From an uncultured Flavobacteriaceae bacterium (GTDB lineage: Bacteria; Bacteroidota; Bacteroidia; Flavobacteriales; Flavobacteriaceae), in the NCBI GenBank assembly GCA_913030895.1, contig CAJWGK010000001.1, forward strand, positions 11,138-75,137: a stretch of 64,000 nt of DNA, in the 5' to 3' direction. A program made the position numbers and the translations under genes. The first letter of the stretch is position 1, and the number at the start of each line of letters is the position of its first letter. Of the stretch, positions 28,058 through 37,492 are shown in pieces. Under the pieces are notes generated by a model. That model was not told the origin of the DNA, ran no database searches, and was given only the letters and a program-made list of their open reading frames with translations.

Positions 28058-30520
28058 ATGGCAAGTAATTTAGTAATCGTTGAGTCCCCGGCGAAAGCCA
28101 AAACCATAGAGAAGTTTTTGGGACAAGACTTCAAAGTTGCATCAAGTTTTGGTCACATCGCTGACCTTCCTTCCAATGAATTGGGCGTTGACGTTGATGG
28201 TGATTTTTCGCCAAAGTATATCGTATCCACAGATAAAAAGAAGGTGGTTAAGGAATTAAGGTCTCTTGCGAAAAAAATGAAAACAGTCTGGTTGGCTAGC
28301 GATGAAGATCGAGAGGGAGAGGCCATTGCTTGGCACCTTTCCAAAACGCTAGAATTAAATGCGGACAATACAAAAAGAATAGTTTTTAATGAAATAACGA
28401 AGACAGCCATACTGGACGCCATTGAAAATCCAAGAAATATAAATTATGACTTGGTCAATGCGCAACAGGCCAGAAGAGTCCTTGATCGATTAGTGGGATA
28501 TGAATTATCTCCAGTTTTATGGCGAAAAGTTAAAGGTGGCTTGTCGGCAGGAAGAGTGCAATCTGTTTCCGTTAGATTAATTGTTGAGAGAGAAAGAGAG
28601 ATAAATGCTTTTGTTCCAGAGCAAGCATTTAAAACGCAAGCTTTATTTATAACTCAAAACAACAAACCCATAAATGCTGTTTTACCTAAAAATTTTGATT
28701 CTCAGGAAGCAACCCAAGAATTTTTAGAAAAAAATGTTGCTGCTGATTTTAAGGTTAAGAGCATTGAAAAGAAACCAGCGACCAAAAGTCCTACAGCCCC
28801 ATTTACTACATCAACCCTTCAGCAGGAGGCCTCTAGAAAGTTGTTTTTCTCAGTTAGTAAAACAATGAATCTTGCCCAACGACTTTATGAAGCTGGTTTG
28901 ATAACTTATATGAGAACGGATAGTGTTAACCTATCAAAAGAAGCGCAGCAGGGTGCTCTTAAGCAAATTGAAAATCTCTACGGTCAAAAATATGTCAAGC
29001 CCCGACAATACAGGAACAAAAACAAAGGAGCGCAAGAAGCTCATGAGGCCATTAGACCAACTGACTTTAGTAGAAGCAAAGCCGATAATATTGATTACGA
29101 TCAGTCCCGATTATATGAATTAATTTGGAAAAGATCCATTGCCTCTCAAATGAGCGATGCAAAATTAGAACGAACGCAGTTTAAAATTTCTGCGACTACC
29201 CATCAAGATTTATTTGTAGCCAAAGGTGAAGTTATCACCTTTGATGGTTTTTTAAAGGTCTATCTCGAAGGTGTTGATAATGAAAGTGATGAACAAAATG
29301 ACTTGCTTCCTAAGGTCGAGGAAGGAGAGGTATTAAGTCTTAAGTCTATGGTTGCCAATCAAAGATTTAGCCGACCTCCTTATCGTTATAGTGAGGCTTC
29401 TCTGGTAAAAAAGCTAGAAGAATTAGGTATAGGTCGTCCCTCCACTTACGCACCAACGATATCTACCATTCAAAATCGAAAGTATATTGAAAAAGGAACT
29501 TCGGAGGGTGAATCAAGAAAATTTGTTCAAATTCAACTCTCAAATAATCAAATTGACTCTAAAGTACTCAATGAAAAAGTAGGTGCTAATAAAGGGAAAC
29601 TTATACCCACCGATATCGGTTCTATTGTTAATGATTTTTTAGTTTCCAATTTCGAAAATATTCTGGATTATAGTTTTACTGCTAAAGTTGAAGAAAGTTT
29701 TGATCTTATAGCCGAGGGATCTGAGGACTGGACAAAAATGATTAAGGGCTTCTACAATAATTTTCATAAGACCGTTAATCATGTTAAAGAAAATGCAACG
29801 CGAGAGTCTGGTGAAAGAATTTTAGGTAATGACCCCAAATCAGGAAGAGTAGTTAAAGTGAGACTGGGAAGGTTTGGCCCTATAGCTCAAATTGGGGAAG
29901 CCGAAGACGATGAAAAGCCCGTATTTGTTAGTTTAGCTCCTGGTCAACAATTGGAAACCCTTGAATTGGAGGATGCACTTGAGCTTTTTCAACTACCAAA
30001 AGATCTTGGGATTTATGAAGATCAACTATTAACTGTTAATAATGGCAGGTATGGTCCCTACGTGAAATTTGGTAGTATGTTCGTCTCTTTACCTAATGAC
30101 GAGGACCCCATGACTGTTGACCTTGAAAGAGCTAAATTTTTAATTCAGGAAAAAAGAAAGGCAGAGGCACCTATCTATACATATTACAATCTGCCTGTAA
30201 CTAAAGGAAAAGGAAGATTCGGTCCATTTCTTAAATGGAGCGGAATGTTCATTAATGTTAATAAAAAATACGACTTTGATAATCTTTCTAATCAAGATAT
30301 TGAAACCCTAATTAAAGATAAGATTCAGAAGGAAAAAGAAAAATTGATTCAAGAATGGCCTGCCGAAGAAATAAGAATTGAAAAAGCAAGATGGGGAAGG
30401 TCGAACATAATTAAGGGCAAGAAAAAAGTTGAATTAGGGAAAGATATTGACCCCACTAAAATAACTTTAGAGGTAGCTTTAAACTATTTAAATCCTAAAA
30501 CTACCAAAAAGAAAAAATGA
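28058..30520 (+). CDS. topA: DNA topoisomerase I
   Basis: 'LVIVESPAKAKTIEKFLG' TOPRIM start, 'ASDEDREGEAIAWH', and 'GLITYMRTDS' with the active-site Tyr. Confidence 0.96.
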   Translation: MASNLVIVESPAKAKTIEKFLGQDFKVASSFGHIADLPSNELGVDVDGDFSPKYIVSTDKKKVVKELRSLAKKMKTVWLASDEDREGEAIAWHLSKTLELNADNTKRIVFNEITKTAILDAIENPRNINYDLVNAQQARRVLDRLVGYELSPVLWRKVKGGLSAGRVQSVSVRLIVEREREINAFVPEQAFKTQALFITQNNKPINAVLPKNFDSQEATQEFLEKNVAADFKVKSIEKKPATKSPTAPFTTSTLQQEASRKLFFSVSKTMNLAQRLYEAGLITYMRTDSVNLSKEAQQGALKQIENLYGQKYVKPRQYRNKNKGAQEAHEAIRPTDFSRSKADNIDYDQSRLYELIWKRSIASQMSDAKLERTQFKISATTHQDLFVAKGEVITFDGFLKVYLEGVDNESDEQNDLLPKVEEGEVLSLKSMVANQRFSRPPYRYSEASLVKKLEELGIGRPSTYAPTISTIQNRKYIEKGTSEGESRKFVQIQLSNNQIDSKVLNEKVGANKGKLIPTDIGSIVNDFLVSNFENILDYSFTAKVEESFDLIAEGSEDWTKMIKGFYNNFHKTVNHVKENATRESGERILGNDPKSGRVVKVRLGRFGPIAQIGEAEDDEKPVFVSLAPGQQLETLELEDALELFQLPKDLGIYEDQLLTVNNGRYGPYVKFGSMFVSLPNDEDPMTVDLERAKFLIQEKRKAEAPIYTYYNLPVTKGKGRFGPFLKWSGMFINVNKKYDFDNLSNQDIETLIKDKIQKEKEKLIQEWPAEEIRIEKARWGRSNIIKGKKKVELGKDIDPTKITLEVALNYLNPKTTKKKK

Positions 30521-31662
30521 GTCTGGAATCCCTCGTTCCCGTTGCAGATGAAGCCATTTCTTCAATGGTACTTCACCCTAACCAGGCTCTAGGAAAAAAT
30601 ATTGAAATTCATTCTCAACAAAATGGATTCCCTGAATTGCAAGGCTGTGCTATAGCCATTTTAGGAGTTTCCGAGATTAGAAATTCCTTTTTTCCAATAG
30701 GTTCCTACAATACGGTTGATTTTCGAAAATCTTTTTATAAGCTTTTTCCGGGTAATTGGAATTTTAGGATTTGCGATTTAGGGGATCTTCCAAATGGCGC
30801 CACCCCAGAAGACACTTATTTTGCCTTGCGCGAAATCTGCTTGCATTTGCGTCAGCTAAATATTGTAACCATAGTAATAGGTGGGAGCCATGATTTAGTT
30901 TTTCCGATCTACCAATCTTATCAGTCTGTAAAACAATTGGTCAATATTGTTTCTGTTGACAATCAATTTGACTTTTCCCAAGAGGAGGAATTGATTTCTG
31001 GTCGCTCCTATATGAGTAGAATTATCATGGAACAGCCTAATTTTTTATTAAACTTTAGTAACCTAGGTTATCAAAGTTACCTGATTGCTCAGGAGGAACT
31101 TGATTTGATTGATAAACTTCATTTCGAAGCTTTACGACTGGGAAATATTTTGGATGATGTTGCGGTGGCTGAGCCTTTTTTAAGAGATGCCAATATTGCG
31201 GGATTTGACATGAAATCACTCCGTTGGCAAGCTACAAATAATGATTCTGGGAACCCTAACGGTATTGATGCCAGAACGATTTGTGCATTGGCGAGATATG
31301 CGGGAATCAGCGACCGTTTGGACTTTTTTGGTGTTTTTGAATTGCCAAATACCAGTATCTTCAATCAATTATTGGGTCAGATTATTTGGTATTTCATTGA
31401 AGGATACAGTCTCAGGTATGACGAATATCCTGTGATTACCAGTATTGGTTTTACCAAGTATACCGTCGCATTATCTGATATGGAGATGATTTTTTACCAA
31501 AGTGAAAAAAGCAATCGCTGGTGGTTGGAATTGACAAATCAGTCCTATTTAAATAATAAAAACAAAACAACTGCGTTATTACCTTGCACACATCAAGATT
31601 ACATGGATGCTTGCAACGATAAAATACCTGATAAGTGGTGGAAAGCAATAAAAAGAGGTTAA
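30517..31662 (+). CDS. Arginase/formiminoglutamase-fold protein with apparently degenerate metal ligands and a C-terminal extension
   Basis: The ATG overlaps the topA stop (ATGA). 'IVIGGSHDL', 'VSVDNQFDF' and 'AGFDMKS' align by eye to the arginase-family GGDHS, DAHxD and SxDxD motifs. Confidence 0.6.
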   Translation: MSLESLVPVADEAISSMVLHPNQALGKNIEIHSQQNGFPELQGCAIAILGVSEIRNSFFPIGSYNTVDFRKSFYKLFPGNWNFRICDLGDLPNGATPEDTYFALREICLHLRQLNIVTIVIGGSHDLVFPIYQSYQSVKQLVNIVSVDNQFDFSQEEELISGRSYMSRIIMEQPNFLLNFSNLGYQSYLIAQEELDLIDKLHFEALRLGNILDDVAVAEPFLRDANIAGFDMKSLRWQATNNDSGNPNGIDARTICALARYAGISDRLDFFGVFELPNTSIFNQLLGQIIWYFIEGYSLRYDEYPVITSIGFTKYTVALSDMEMIFYQSEKSNRWWLELTNQSYLNNKNKTTALLPCTHQDYMDACNDKIPDKWWKAIKRG

Positions 31663-31755
31663 TATTTTAAACGAAAATTATTTGTCTATTTTTGCTAAGT
31701 CCCGAGATGAGGTATTGTTTTTAGTTGAGAAACGATTATATAGTGAAAAAATTTT

Positions 31756-31763
31756 TAGTTTTG
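31756..31763 (+). promoter_or_regulatory. Candidate -7 promoter box (TAGTTTTG) for the gld operon; a second match, TATTTTTG, is at 31687-31694
   Basis: TAnnTTTG match 31 nt upstream of the gldK ATG at 31794. Confidence 0.35.
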
Positions 31764-31793
31764 CACCTTATTAAAGGGGATAAAAGCTCGTCA

Positions 31794-33179
31794 ATGATTA
31801 TAAAAAGATCGATTCTTTTTGTTTTTGTATTGCTTACAATTTTTAGTTGCGGTGGCAAAAAAAACAGGGGAGAACTTATTGGGGTAAGACAAAAGAAGTG
31901 GTTCCCTGAAAAACCTTACGGCATGACCCTCATTGAGGGAGGCGCTTTCATCATGGGTAAATCTGACGAAGATATTGCTCAATTGAATAATGCCGCTGCA
32001 AGAACTGTAACTGTTCCATCTTTTTATATGGATGAAACTGAGATCACTAATGGTGAATACAGACAATTTGTTTATTGGGTAAAAGATTCTGTGACCATGG
32101 CTATGCTTGCCAGAAAGGCAGACGAATTAGAGTTAGGTGAGGATAATGAAGATGGAATTGGAGAATTTTCCTTCAAAGATGCTGACACTTCCGAGCTAAA
32201 TGAGTTTCAAAAATACATGCGTACGAACTATTATGATCTTAGTGAAGATTTGTACGCTGGACGTCCACTAAACTGGGAAAACGATGTTTACTGGGATACC
32301 GAAGACTATCCCGATCAAGCCTATGCTGAAGTTCTGGACTCACTTTATTTACCCCCTGAATTGTGGTATAACGGTGAAATGAAAATTGATGTCACTAAAC
32401 TTATATACCAATACACTTGGTTTGATGTCGAAGGTGCTGTAGCATTGTCCAGACGCAGCAAAGAAAAATTTATTGATCGCAAGCCGTTTATAAAAAAAGA
32501 ACAAGTTGAAATCTATCCTGATACTACTGTTTGGATAAAAGATTTTATCTATTCTTATAATGAACCAATGCACAATGAGTATTTCTCTCACCCAGCATTT
32601 CAAGACTATCCAGTCGTTGGAATATCCTGGGATCAGGCAGTCGCTTTTTGTAATTGGAGAACACACTTTAAGAATAGTTACCAAAAGTCTAAGGGTAAGC
32701 CACTGGTAAATAATTTTAGATTACCAAGTGAGGCGGAGTGGGAATTTGCCGCTCGTGGAGGAATACCCTCCGGAACCTATCCTTGGGGAGGTCCGTATTT
32801 GCTTAATGACAGGGCTTGTTTCCTTGCCAACTTCAAGCCGCTCAGAGGTGACTATGCGGCTGATCAGGCCGTTTATACCGTAGAAGCCAAATCTTTTTTA
32901 CCCAATGATTTTAATCTCTACAATATGGCTGGTAATGTTGCCGAATGGACTAGTTCCTCTTACGACTCTGGGGCATATGAATACGTAGCATCACTAAATC
33001 CAAATATGTCTCTGAGAAGTGAAACCCGAAAAGTAGTGAGGGGAGGTTCATGGAAAGACGTCGCTTATTATTTAAGGGTGAGTTCAAGAGATTATGAGTA
33101 TGCTGACACATCGAGAAGTTATATTGGTTTTCGAACTGTTCAAGATTATTTGGGTACATCGAAGGTTAAGATCAAATAA
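31794..33179 (+). CDS. gldK: Gliding motility / T9SS lipoprotein GldK (PorK)
   Basis: Lipoprotein signal 'LLTIFSCGG'. FGE/SUMF1-type motifs 'GISWDQAVAFCNWR', 'RLPSEAEWEFAARGG', 'GNVAEWT' and 'RGGSWKD'. Followed by gldLMN. Confidence 0.93.
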   Translation: MIIKRSILFVFVLLTIFSCGGKKNRGELIGVRQKKWFPEKPYGMTLIEGGAFIMGKSDEDIAQLNNAAARTVTVPSFYMDETEITNGEYRQFVYWVKDSVTMAMLARKADELELGEDNEDGIGEFSFKDADTSELNEFQKYMRTNYYDLSEDLYAGRPLNWENDVYWDTEDYPDQAYAEVLDSLYLPPELWYNGEMKIDVTKLIYQYTWFDVEGAVALSRRSKEKFIDRKPFIKKEQVEIYPDTTVWIKDFIYSYNEPMHNEYFSHPAFQDYPVVGISWDQAVAFCNWRTHFKNSYQKSKGKPLVNNFRLPSEAEWEFAARGGIPSGTYPWGGPYLLNDRACFLANFKPLRGDYAADQAVYTVEAKSFLPNDFNLYNMAGNVAEWTSSSYDSGAYEYVASLNPNMSLRSETRKVVRGGSWKDVAYYLRVSSRDYEYADTSRSYIGFRTVQDYLGTSKVKIK

Positions 33180-33214
33180 ATTTATAAATTTAGTATTGAC
33201 AAAAAATATTAAAA

Positions 33215-33862
33215 ATGGATGATAAAGCACTAAAAAAGAGATTAAAAAGTAAACTTGCAATGCACATGCTCTTCGGTTTAGGTGGAGCTGTTGTGATCAT
33301 TGGGGCATTGTTTAAAATTCTCCACTTGGAGATCGGCCCTATTACAGGAGGATTAGTTCTCGGTCTGGGTTTGGGAACTGAAGCCCTAATTTTTACAGCT
33401 TCTGCATTTAGTACTGGAGAAATAAAAGAAGATCACGACGATTATATAAAGAAAGTAAAGGGTCAAGGTGTAAGCACAGCATCCTCTGGTGGCGAGGAAG
33501 GACTTTCTGCAAAGATTGATCAGATGCTGAAAGATGCAAAATTAGATGTCAATCTGATGAATAACCTTGCCGACAGTATTAAAAATCTTGAAGCTTCGGC
33601 TCAGGCGCTCTCACCAGCTGCCGATGCTATTTCATCCTCTGAGGGCTACAGTAAGCAACTTGAGCTTGCTGCCGACAAGATGAATCAATTGAATCAAGCT
33701 TATTCTGAGCAAATCAATTCTGCTGGTAACAGTGCTGCTTTCAATCAGCAAGTAGGAGAAAATGCAGAATTACTCAGACAACAAATGGAAGTATTATCTT
33801 CTAATCTAGCTGCGCTCAACCAAGTTTACGACGGTATGCTTAGCGCAATGAATAACAAATAA
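33215..33862 (+). CDS. gldL: Gliding motility / T9SS motor protein GldL (PorL)
   Basis: 215 aa. Two N-terminal TM helices ('FGLGGAVVIIGALFKILH', 'GLVLGLGLGTEALIF') followed by a coiled-coil cytoplasmic tail. Operon position fits. Confidence 0.9.
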   Translation: MDDKALKKRLKSKLAMHMLFGLGGAVVIIGALFKILHLEIGPITGGLVLGLGLGTEALIFTASAFSTGEIKEDHDDYIKKVKGQGVSTASSGGEEGLSAKIDQMLKDAKLDVNLMNNLADSIKNLEASAQALSPAADAISSSEGYSKQLELAADKMNQLNQAYSEQINSAGNSAAFNQQVGENAELLRQQMEVLSSNLAALNQVYDGMLSAMNNK

Positions 33863-33870
33863 GCGAAGAA

Positions 33871-35451
33871 ATGGCTGGAGCTAAAGAAACACCCAGACAG
33901 AAACTCATCAATTTGATGTATTTGGTATTCATTACCATGCTTGCTTTGAACGTAAGTAAAGAGGTATTGGATGGTTTTGGCCAAATGTATGTCAAAATTA
34001 GTGATGCTAATACCAGAGTTTCTGATAGTAACTCGCTTCTCTATGAAAACATAGAAGTCAATGCCCAAGAAAAAAAAGGTAAATGGATTGGTCATGACAG
34101 AACTGCAAAAGAGATCAAAAAAGTCTCTGATGAATTTTATGCCAAGATCTCTGATGTCATAAATACTATCACTGAAAAACAAAGAGAGAAAGACCCTGAA
34201 CTAAAAGAATACGCCCAAATGGATAAAGGAGAAGAACTAGACATGGTTTTTTTTAAGGAGGGCTCTGATACTGCTGCAACCGAATTTTTGGATATGATCA
34301 AAAACTATAAAATGAATGTTATTCAAGTTTTTGGCAGCCAATATCCTGATTATATAGAAATGGTTGAAGCCCGATTCTTTACTGGAGATGAAAATGATAA
34401 TATTATCAACGCTGATGGACAAGACCAAAAATGGTTCAATGCCAATTATGAAGGGTTCCCATTGGTTTCCTCTTTGGCGAAGTTTACCATGATGCAGAAC
34501 GATATTCGTCAAACGGAACATGATGTGTTAATTACATTGATGGGTAAAGAATTAAAAATGTCATCAACCGTTAATGAGTCCAACTATATCAGTTTATTAA
34601 AAACAGAAAAAGGAGCCTATTATCAAGGTGAAACTTTTGATGGTAGTGTTGTTTTAGGTAGAAAGGGAGGAGCACAAAACCCTAACCGCGTGGAGCTAAC
34701 CTTGGATGGCAGGCCACTAACTGAAAATGATTATGATTTGATTGCTGGGGGAATTAAACTTAAAGTTAATGCGGGAAATCCTGGTGATCATGAAATAAAG
34801 GGGGATTTGGTTTTCCTCAACGAAGGCGTCGAGTCAAAAATACCTGTTGTTCAGTCCTATGCTGTTATTTCAAAACCTAATTCTGCAGTTATTTCAGCTG
34901 ATAAGATGAATGTGGTCTATCGTGGCGTTGAAAACCCGATGACCATCTCTATCCCCGGAATACCGGACAATAAGGTCAATGCCTCTGCTCCTGGACTGAA
35001 AAGGGCTAGAGGTAGTAAATACAATATGATCCCTGGAAAAGGTAGAGAGATAAGTATCTCTGCGAGTGGGAGCCTACCTGACGGCCAGCGTGTATCCACT
35101 ACAACAAAATTCAGAATCAAAGACATTCCTGCACCCCAAGGAACCGTTAGAAAACAAACTGGATCAATTACGATCCCAAAATCAAGCCTTGAAATTTCAT
35201 CAATTGGTGCCGTACTTGAGGACTTTGATTTTGATATTACCCTAAAAACAGTGAGCTTTAAATTTAAAGTTCCTGGACAACCCACCATCAATATAAGTGG
35301 TGATAAGCTGGATGCTCGAGCTAAAAGTGCTCTGAGAAGAGCTAGAGCTGGTCAGTCCATTCAGATTTTTGATATTAAAGTAGTTAATCCCAAAAACCCT
35401 TCTTACAAATTCAAGAAAATTTCTCCTGTGATTTGTGAGCTGGTCAATTAA
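33871..35451 (+). CDS. gldM: Gliding motility / T9SS motor protein GldM (PorM)
   Basis: N-terminus 'MAGAKETPRQKLINLMYLVFITMLALNVSKEVL' is the characteristic GldM start. A long periplasmic region follows. Confidence 0.93.
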   Translation: MAGAKETPRQKLINLMYLVFITMLALNVSKEVLDGFGQMYVKISDANTRVSDSNSLLYENIEVNAQEKKGKWIGHDRTAKEIKKVSDEFYAKISDVINTITEKQREKDPELKEYAQMDKGEELDMVFFKEGSDTAATEFLDMIKNYKMNVIQVFGSQYPDYIEMVEARFFTGDENDNIINADGQDQKWFNANYEGFPLVSSLAKFTMMQNDIRQTEHDVLITLMGKELKMSSTVNESNYISLLKTEKGAYYQGETFDGSVVLGRKGGAQNPNRVELTLDGRPLTENDYDLIAGGIKLKVNAGNPGDHEIKGDLVFLNEGVESKIPVVQSYAVISKPNSAVISADKMNVVYRGVENPMTISIPGIPDNKVNASAPGLKRARGSKYNMIPGKGREISISASGSLPDGQRVSTTTKFRIKDIPAPQGTVRKQTGSITIPKSSLEISSIGAVLEDFDFDITLKTVSFKFKVPGQPTINISGDKLDARAKSALRRARAGQSIQIFDIKVVNPKNPSYKFKKISPVICELVN

Positions 35452-35461
35452 TGTAAATCAA

Positions 35462-36364
35462 ATGATTAAAGCGTTTAAACTTTTTTTATTAATGATTTTT
35501 ATCCTAGGAGTAGTTCTTACTGCCCAAGGACAAGCTAACCTTTTAAACGCTAGAGTGCCACAAGAGGTAGGTGCATTAAACGATCAACAACTCGAAGCTA
35601 ATGATGAAGCTCCCTTGGCTTATGGATTTGTAGATGATAGAGATGTGCTTTGGTCAAAAACTGTTTGGGAAGTCGTTGAATTGGATGAGCGAGTTAATTT
35701 TCCTTTTTACTATCCAACTGACACCCTAAATCTTGGGCCTGACAGAAGATCACTATTTGATGTATTAAAAAAGAATCTTAGTAACAATAATATTAAAGAG
35801 GTATATAAATCATCTTATTTTCAGGAGAGGCTTACTTACCCGGAGATTCAAGAACGTTTGGTTGCTGTTGATACAACAGATGCTGGATATGATCAGTTTA
35901 ACGCAGATGGTTTTGTGGATCCTCAGTTTATTGAGCGTAGGAGAATTACTGCTGCTGAAATTCGCCAGTACAAAATTAAAGGTACTTGGTATTTTGATAA
36001 GCGTTTAGGAGAATTAAAATATCGTCTTTTTGGTATTTGTCCAGTGGCACCTGATGTTGCTATTAGAACGCAAGCTGGTGAGGAAGAAGATTTAGTAGAA
36101 CTTTTCTGGATATGGTTCCCCGATGCGAGGGCCTCTTTAAACAAGAGTAAAGTTTTCAATACCAAAAATTCTTCGCAGCCGATTACATACGATCATATGT
36201 TAAATTCAAGACGTTTTAGTTCCATGATTTATAAGGAAGAAAACGTTTATGAAGATCGTGAAGTCAAAGATTACATCTACGAAGACGCGTTGAGGATGCT
36301 CTTAGAATCTGAGAGAATCAAATCGGTCATACGCGATTTTGAACAAGATATGTGGAACAACTAA
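35462..36364 (+). CDS. gldN: Gliding motility / T9SS ring protein GldN (PorN)
   Basis: Signal peptide 'MIKAFKLFLLMIFILGVVLTAQG'. 'WSKTVWEVVELDERVNFPFYYP' is typical of GldN. Last gene of the operon. Confidence 0.9.
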   Translation: MIKAFKLFLLMIFILGVVLTAQGQANLLNARVPQEVGALNDQQLEANDEAPLAYGFVDDRDVLWSKTVWEVVELDERVNFPFYYPTDTLNLGPDRRSLFDVLKKNLSNNNIKEVYKSSYFQERLTYPEIQERLVAVDTTDAGYDQFNADGFVDPQFIERRRITAAEIRQYKIKGTWYFDKRLGELKYRLFGICPVAPDVAIRTQAGEEEDLVELFWIWFPDARASLNKSKVFNTKNSSQPITYDHMLNSRRFSSMIYKEENVYEDREVKDYIYEDALRMLLESERIKSVIRDFEQDMWNN

Positions 36365-36385
36365 TTCAAAGATTTAAATACTAAT

Positions 36386-36415
36386 AAGCGTTATCCTTTG
36401 ATAACGCTTTTTTTA
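36386..36415 (+). terminator. Intrinsic terminator after gldN
   Basis: Perfect 9-bp stem AAGCGTTAT/ATAACGCTT with a 6-nt loop, followed by a T-tract. Confidence 0.85.
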
Positions 36416-36424
36416 TTTTAAACC

Positions 36425-37483
36425 GTGATAAATACACTGATCGTTGGTTTTGGTATAGCTGGCTTTAATTATGCTGAGCAGCTCAGAAGACAAAAAAAAA
36501 CATTTGTCGTTATTGCCCCTAAAACACATAGTGCTTCCCATTTGGCTGCTGGAATAATTAACCCTACCGTGTTAAAACGATTTAATCCAGTATGGAAATC
36601 AGATGAGTTCATAAATAATGCATTAGATCATTACCAATCCATTCAGGACTTGATTAAAACAAAAGTTATCTATACCATTCCAATTCTTCGTGTTTTGTAT
36701 AATACCAGAGAGCAAAATGAATGGGTCGTAGCTTCTTCAAAAACCCCGCTTGAAAAATATCTAAATAATTTACTGGTACCTCGCGACAAGTTTCAAGGAA
36801 TCTCAGCACCTTTTAATTTCGGAGAAGTATTGAAAAGCGCCAGAGTAGACAATAAAACCTTGCTTTCTGCTTATGTTAAAAAGATAATTCCAAATCAATT
36901 TATCGAAGGAAAAATCGACTACGCTCAACTTAAAATAAATACTGACGGAATAGAATATAAAGGAATTCAGGCTAAAAAAATAGTTTTTTGCGAGGGCTAT
37001 CAGAGTGTAAACAATCCTTTTTTTAATTACTTGCCCCTGATCGGTTCCAAAGGTGAAATGTTAATCATCAAATGTGATCGTCTTCAAGAAAATGTCATTT
37101 TTAAAGGACCAATTTTTTTATCTCCCATTGGCGAGAAAAAGTTTTGGGTTGGTGCTACCTTTAACCGAGAAGACAAAACCACAAGCATTACCGAAAAAGG
37201 AAAAAAATGGTTGATTAATAAATTAGATAAATTTCTCAACTTACCCTATCAAATTCTTGATCACATGGCTCAAATTAGAGCTACCGTGATTGATAGAAGG
37301 CCACTTCTGGGCGTTCATCCTAGATATAGCAACCTCTTTATTCTAAATGGAATGGGAACAAGAGGTGTTCTCATGTCACCTTTACTTTCTCATTGGTTAT
37401 TTGAATACATAGAAAATCAATTAAAATTACCCGTTGAGGCAGATATAAAACGTTTTGAAAATAATTATTTTCGCAATCTATAA
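36425..37483 (+). CDS. FAD-dependent oxidoreductase (DAO-like), GTG start
   Basis: N-terminal 'LIVGFGIAGFNYA' dinucleotide-binding motif. Size and C-terminal 'LNGMGTRGVLMSP' are typical of the DAO family. Confidence 0.6.
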   Translation: MINTLIVGFGIAGFNYAEQLRRQKKTFVVIAPKTHSASHLAAGIINPTVLKRFNPVWKSDEFINNALDHYQSIQDLIKTKVIYTIPILRVLYNTREQNEWVVASSKTPLEKYLNNLLVPRDKFQGISAPFNFGEVLKSARVDNKTLLSAYVKKIIPNQFIEGKIDYAQLKINTDGIEYKGIQAKKIVFCEGYQSVNNPFFNYLPLIGSKGEMLIIKCDRLQENVIFKGPIFLSPIGEKKFWVGATFNREDKTTSITEKGKKWLINKLDKFLNLPYQILDHMAQIRATVIDRRPLLGVHPRYSNLFILNGMGTRGVLMSPLLSHWLFEYIENQLKLPVEADIKRFENNYFRNL

Positions 37484-37492
37484 AATCACATA

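Noticed and set aside
31725-31793. TTG-initiated 23-codon extension of gldK
   Set aside because: The lipoprotein signal peptide starts at ATG 31794, and a TAGTTTTG promoter-like box sits inside the extension.
34917-35291. 124-aa minus-strand ORF inside gldM
   Set aside because: It is antisense to a confidently identified gene. Its composition (Gly/Pro/Leu-rich) is typical of reverse-frame artefacts.
36045-36060. Sigma-54-like element TGGCAC-N6-TTGC
   Set aside because: The spacer is 6 nt instead of 5, it lies inside gldN coding sequence, and no downstream gene start is nearby. This is most likely a chance match.
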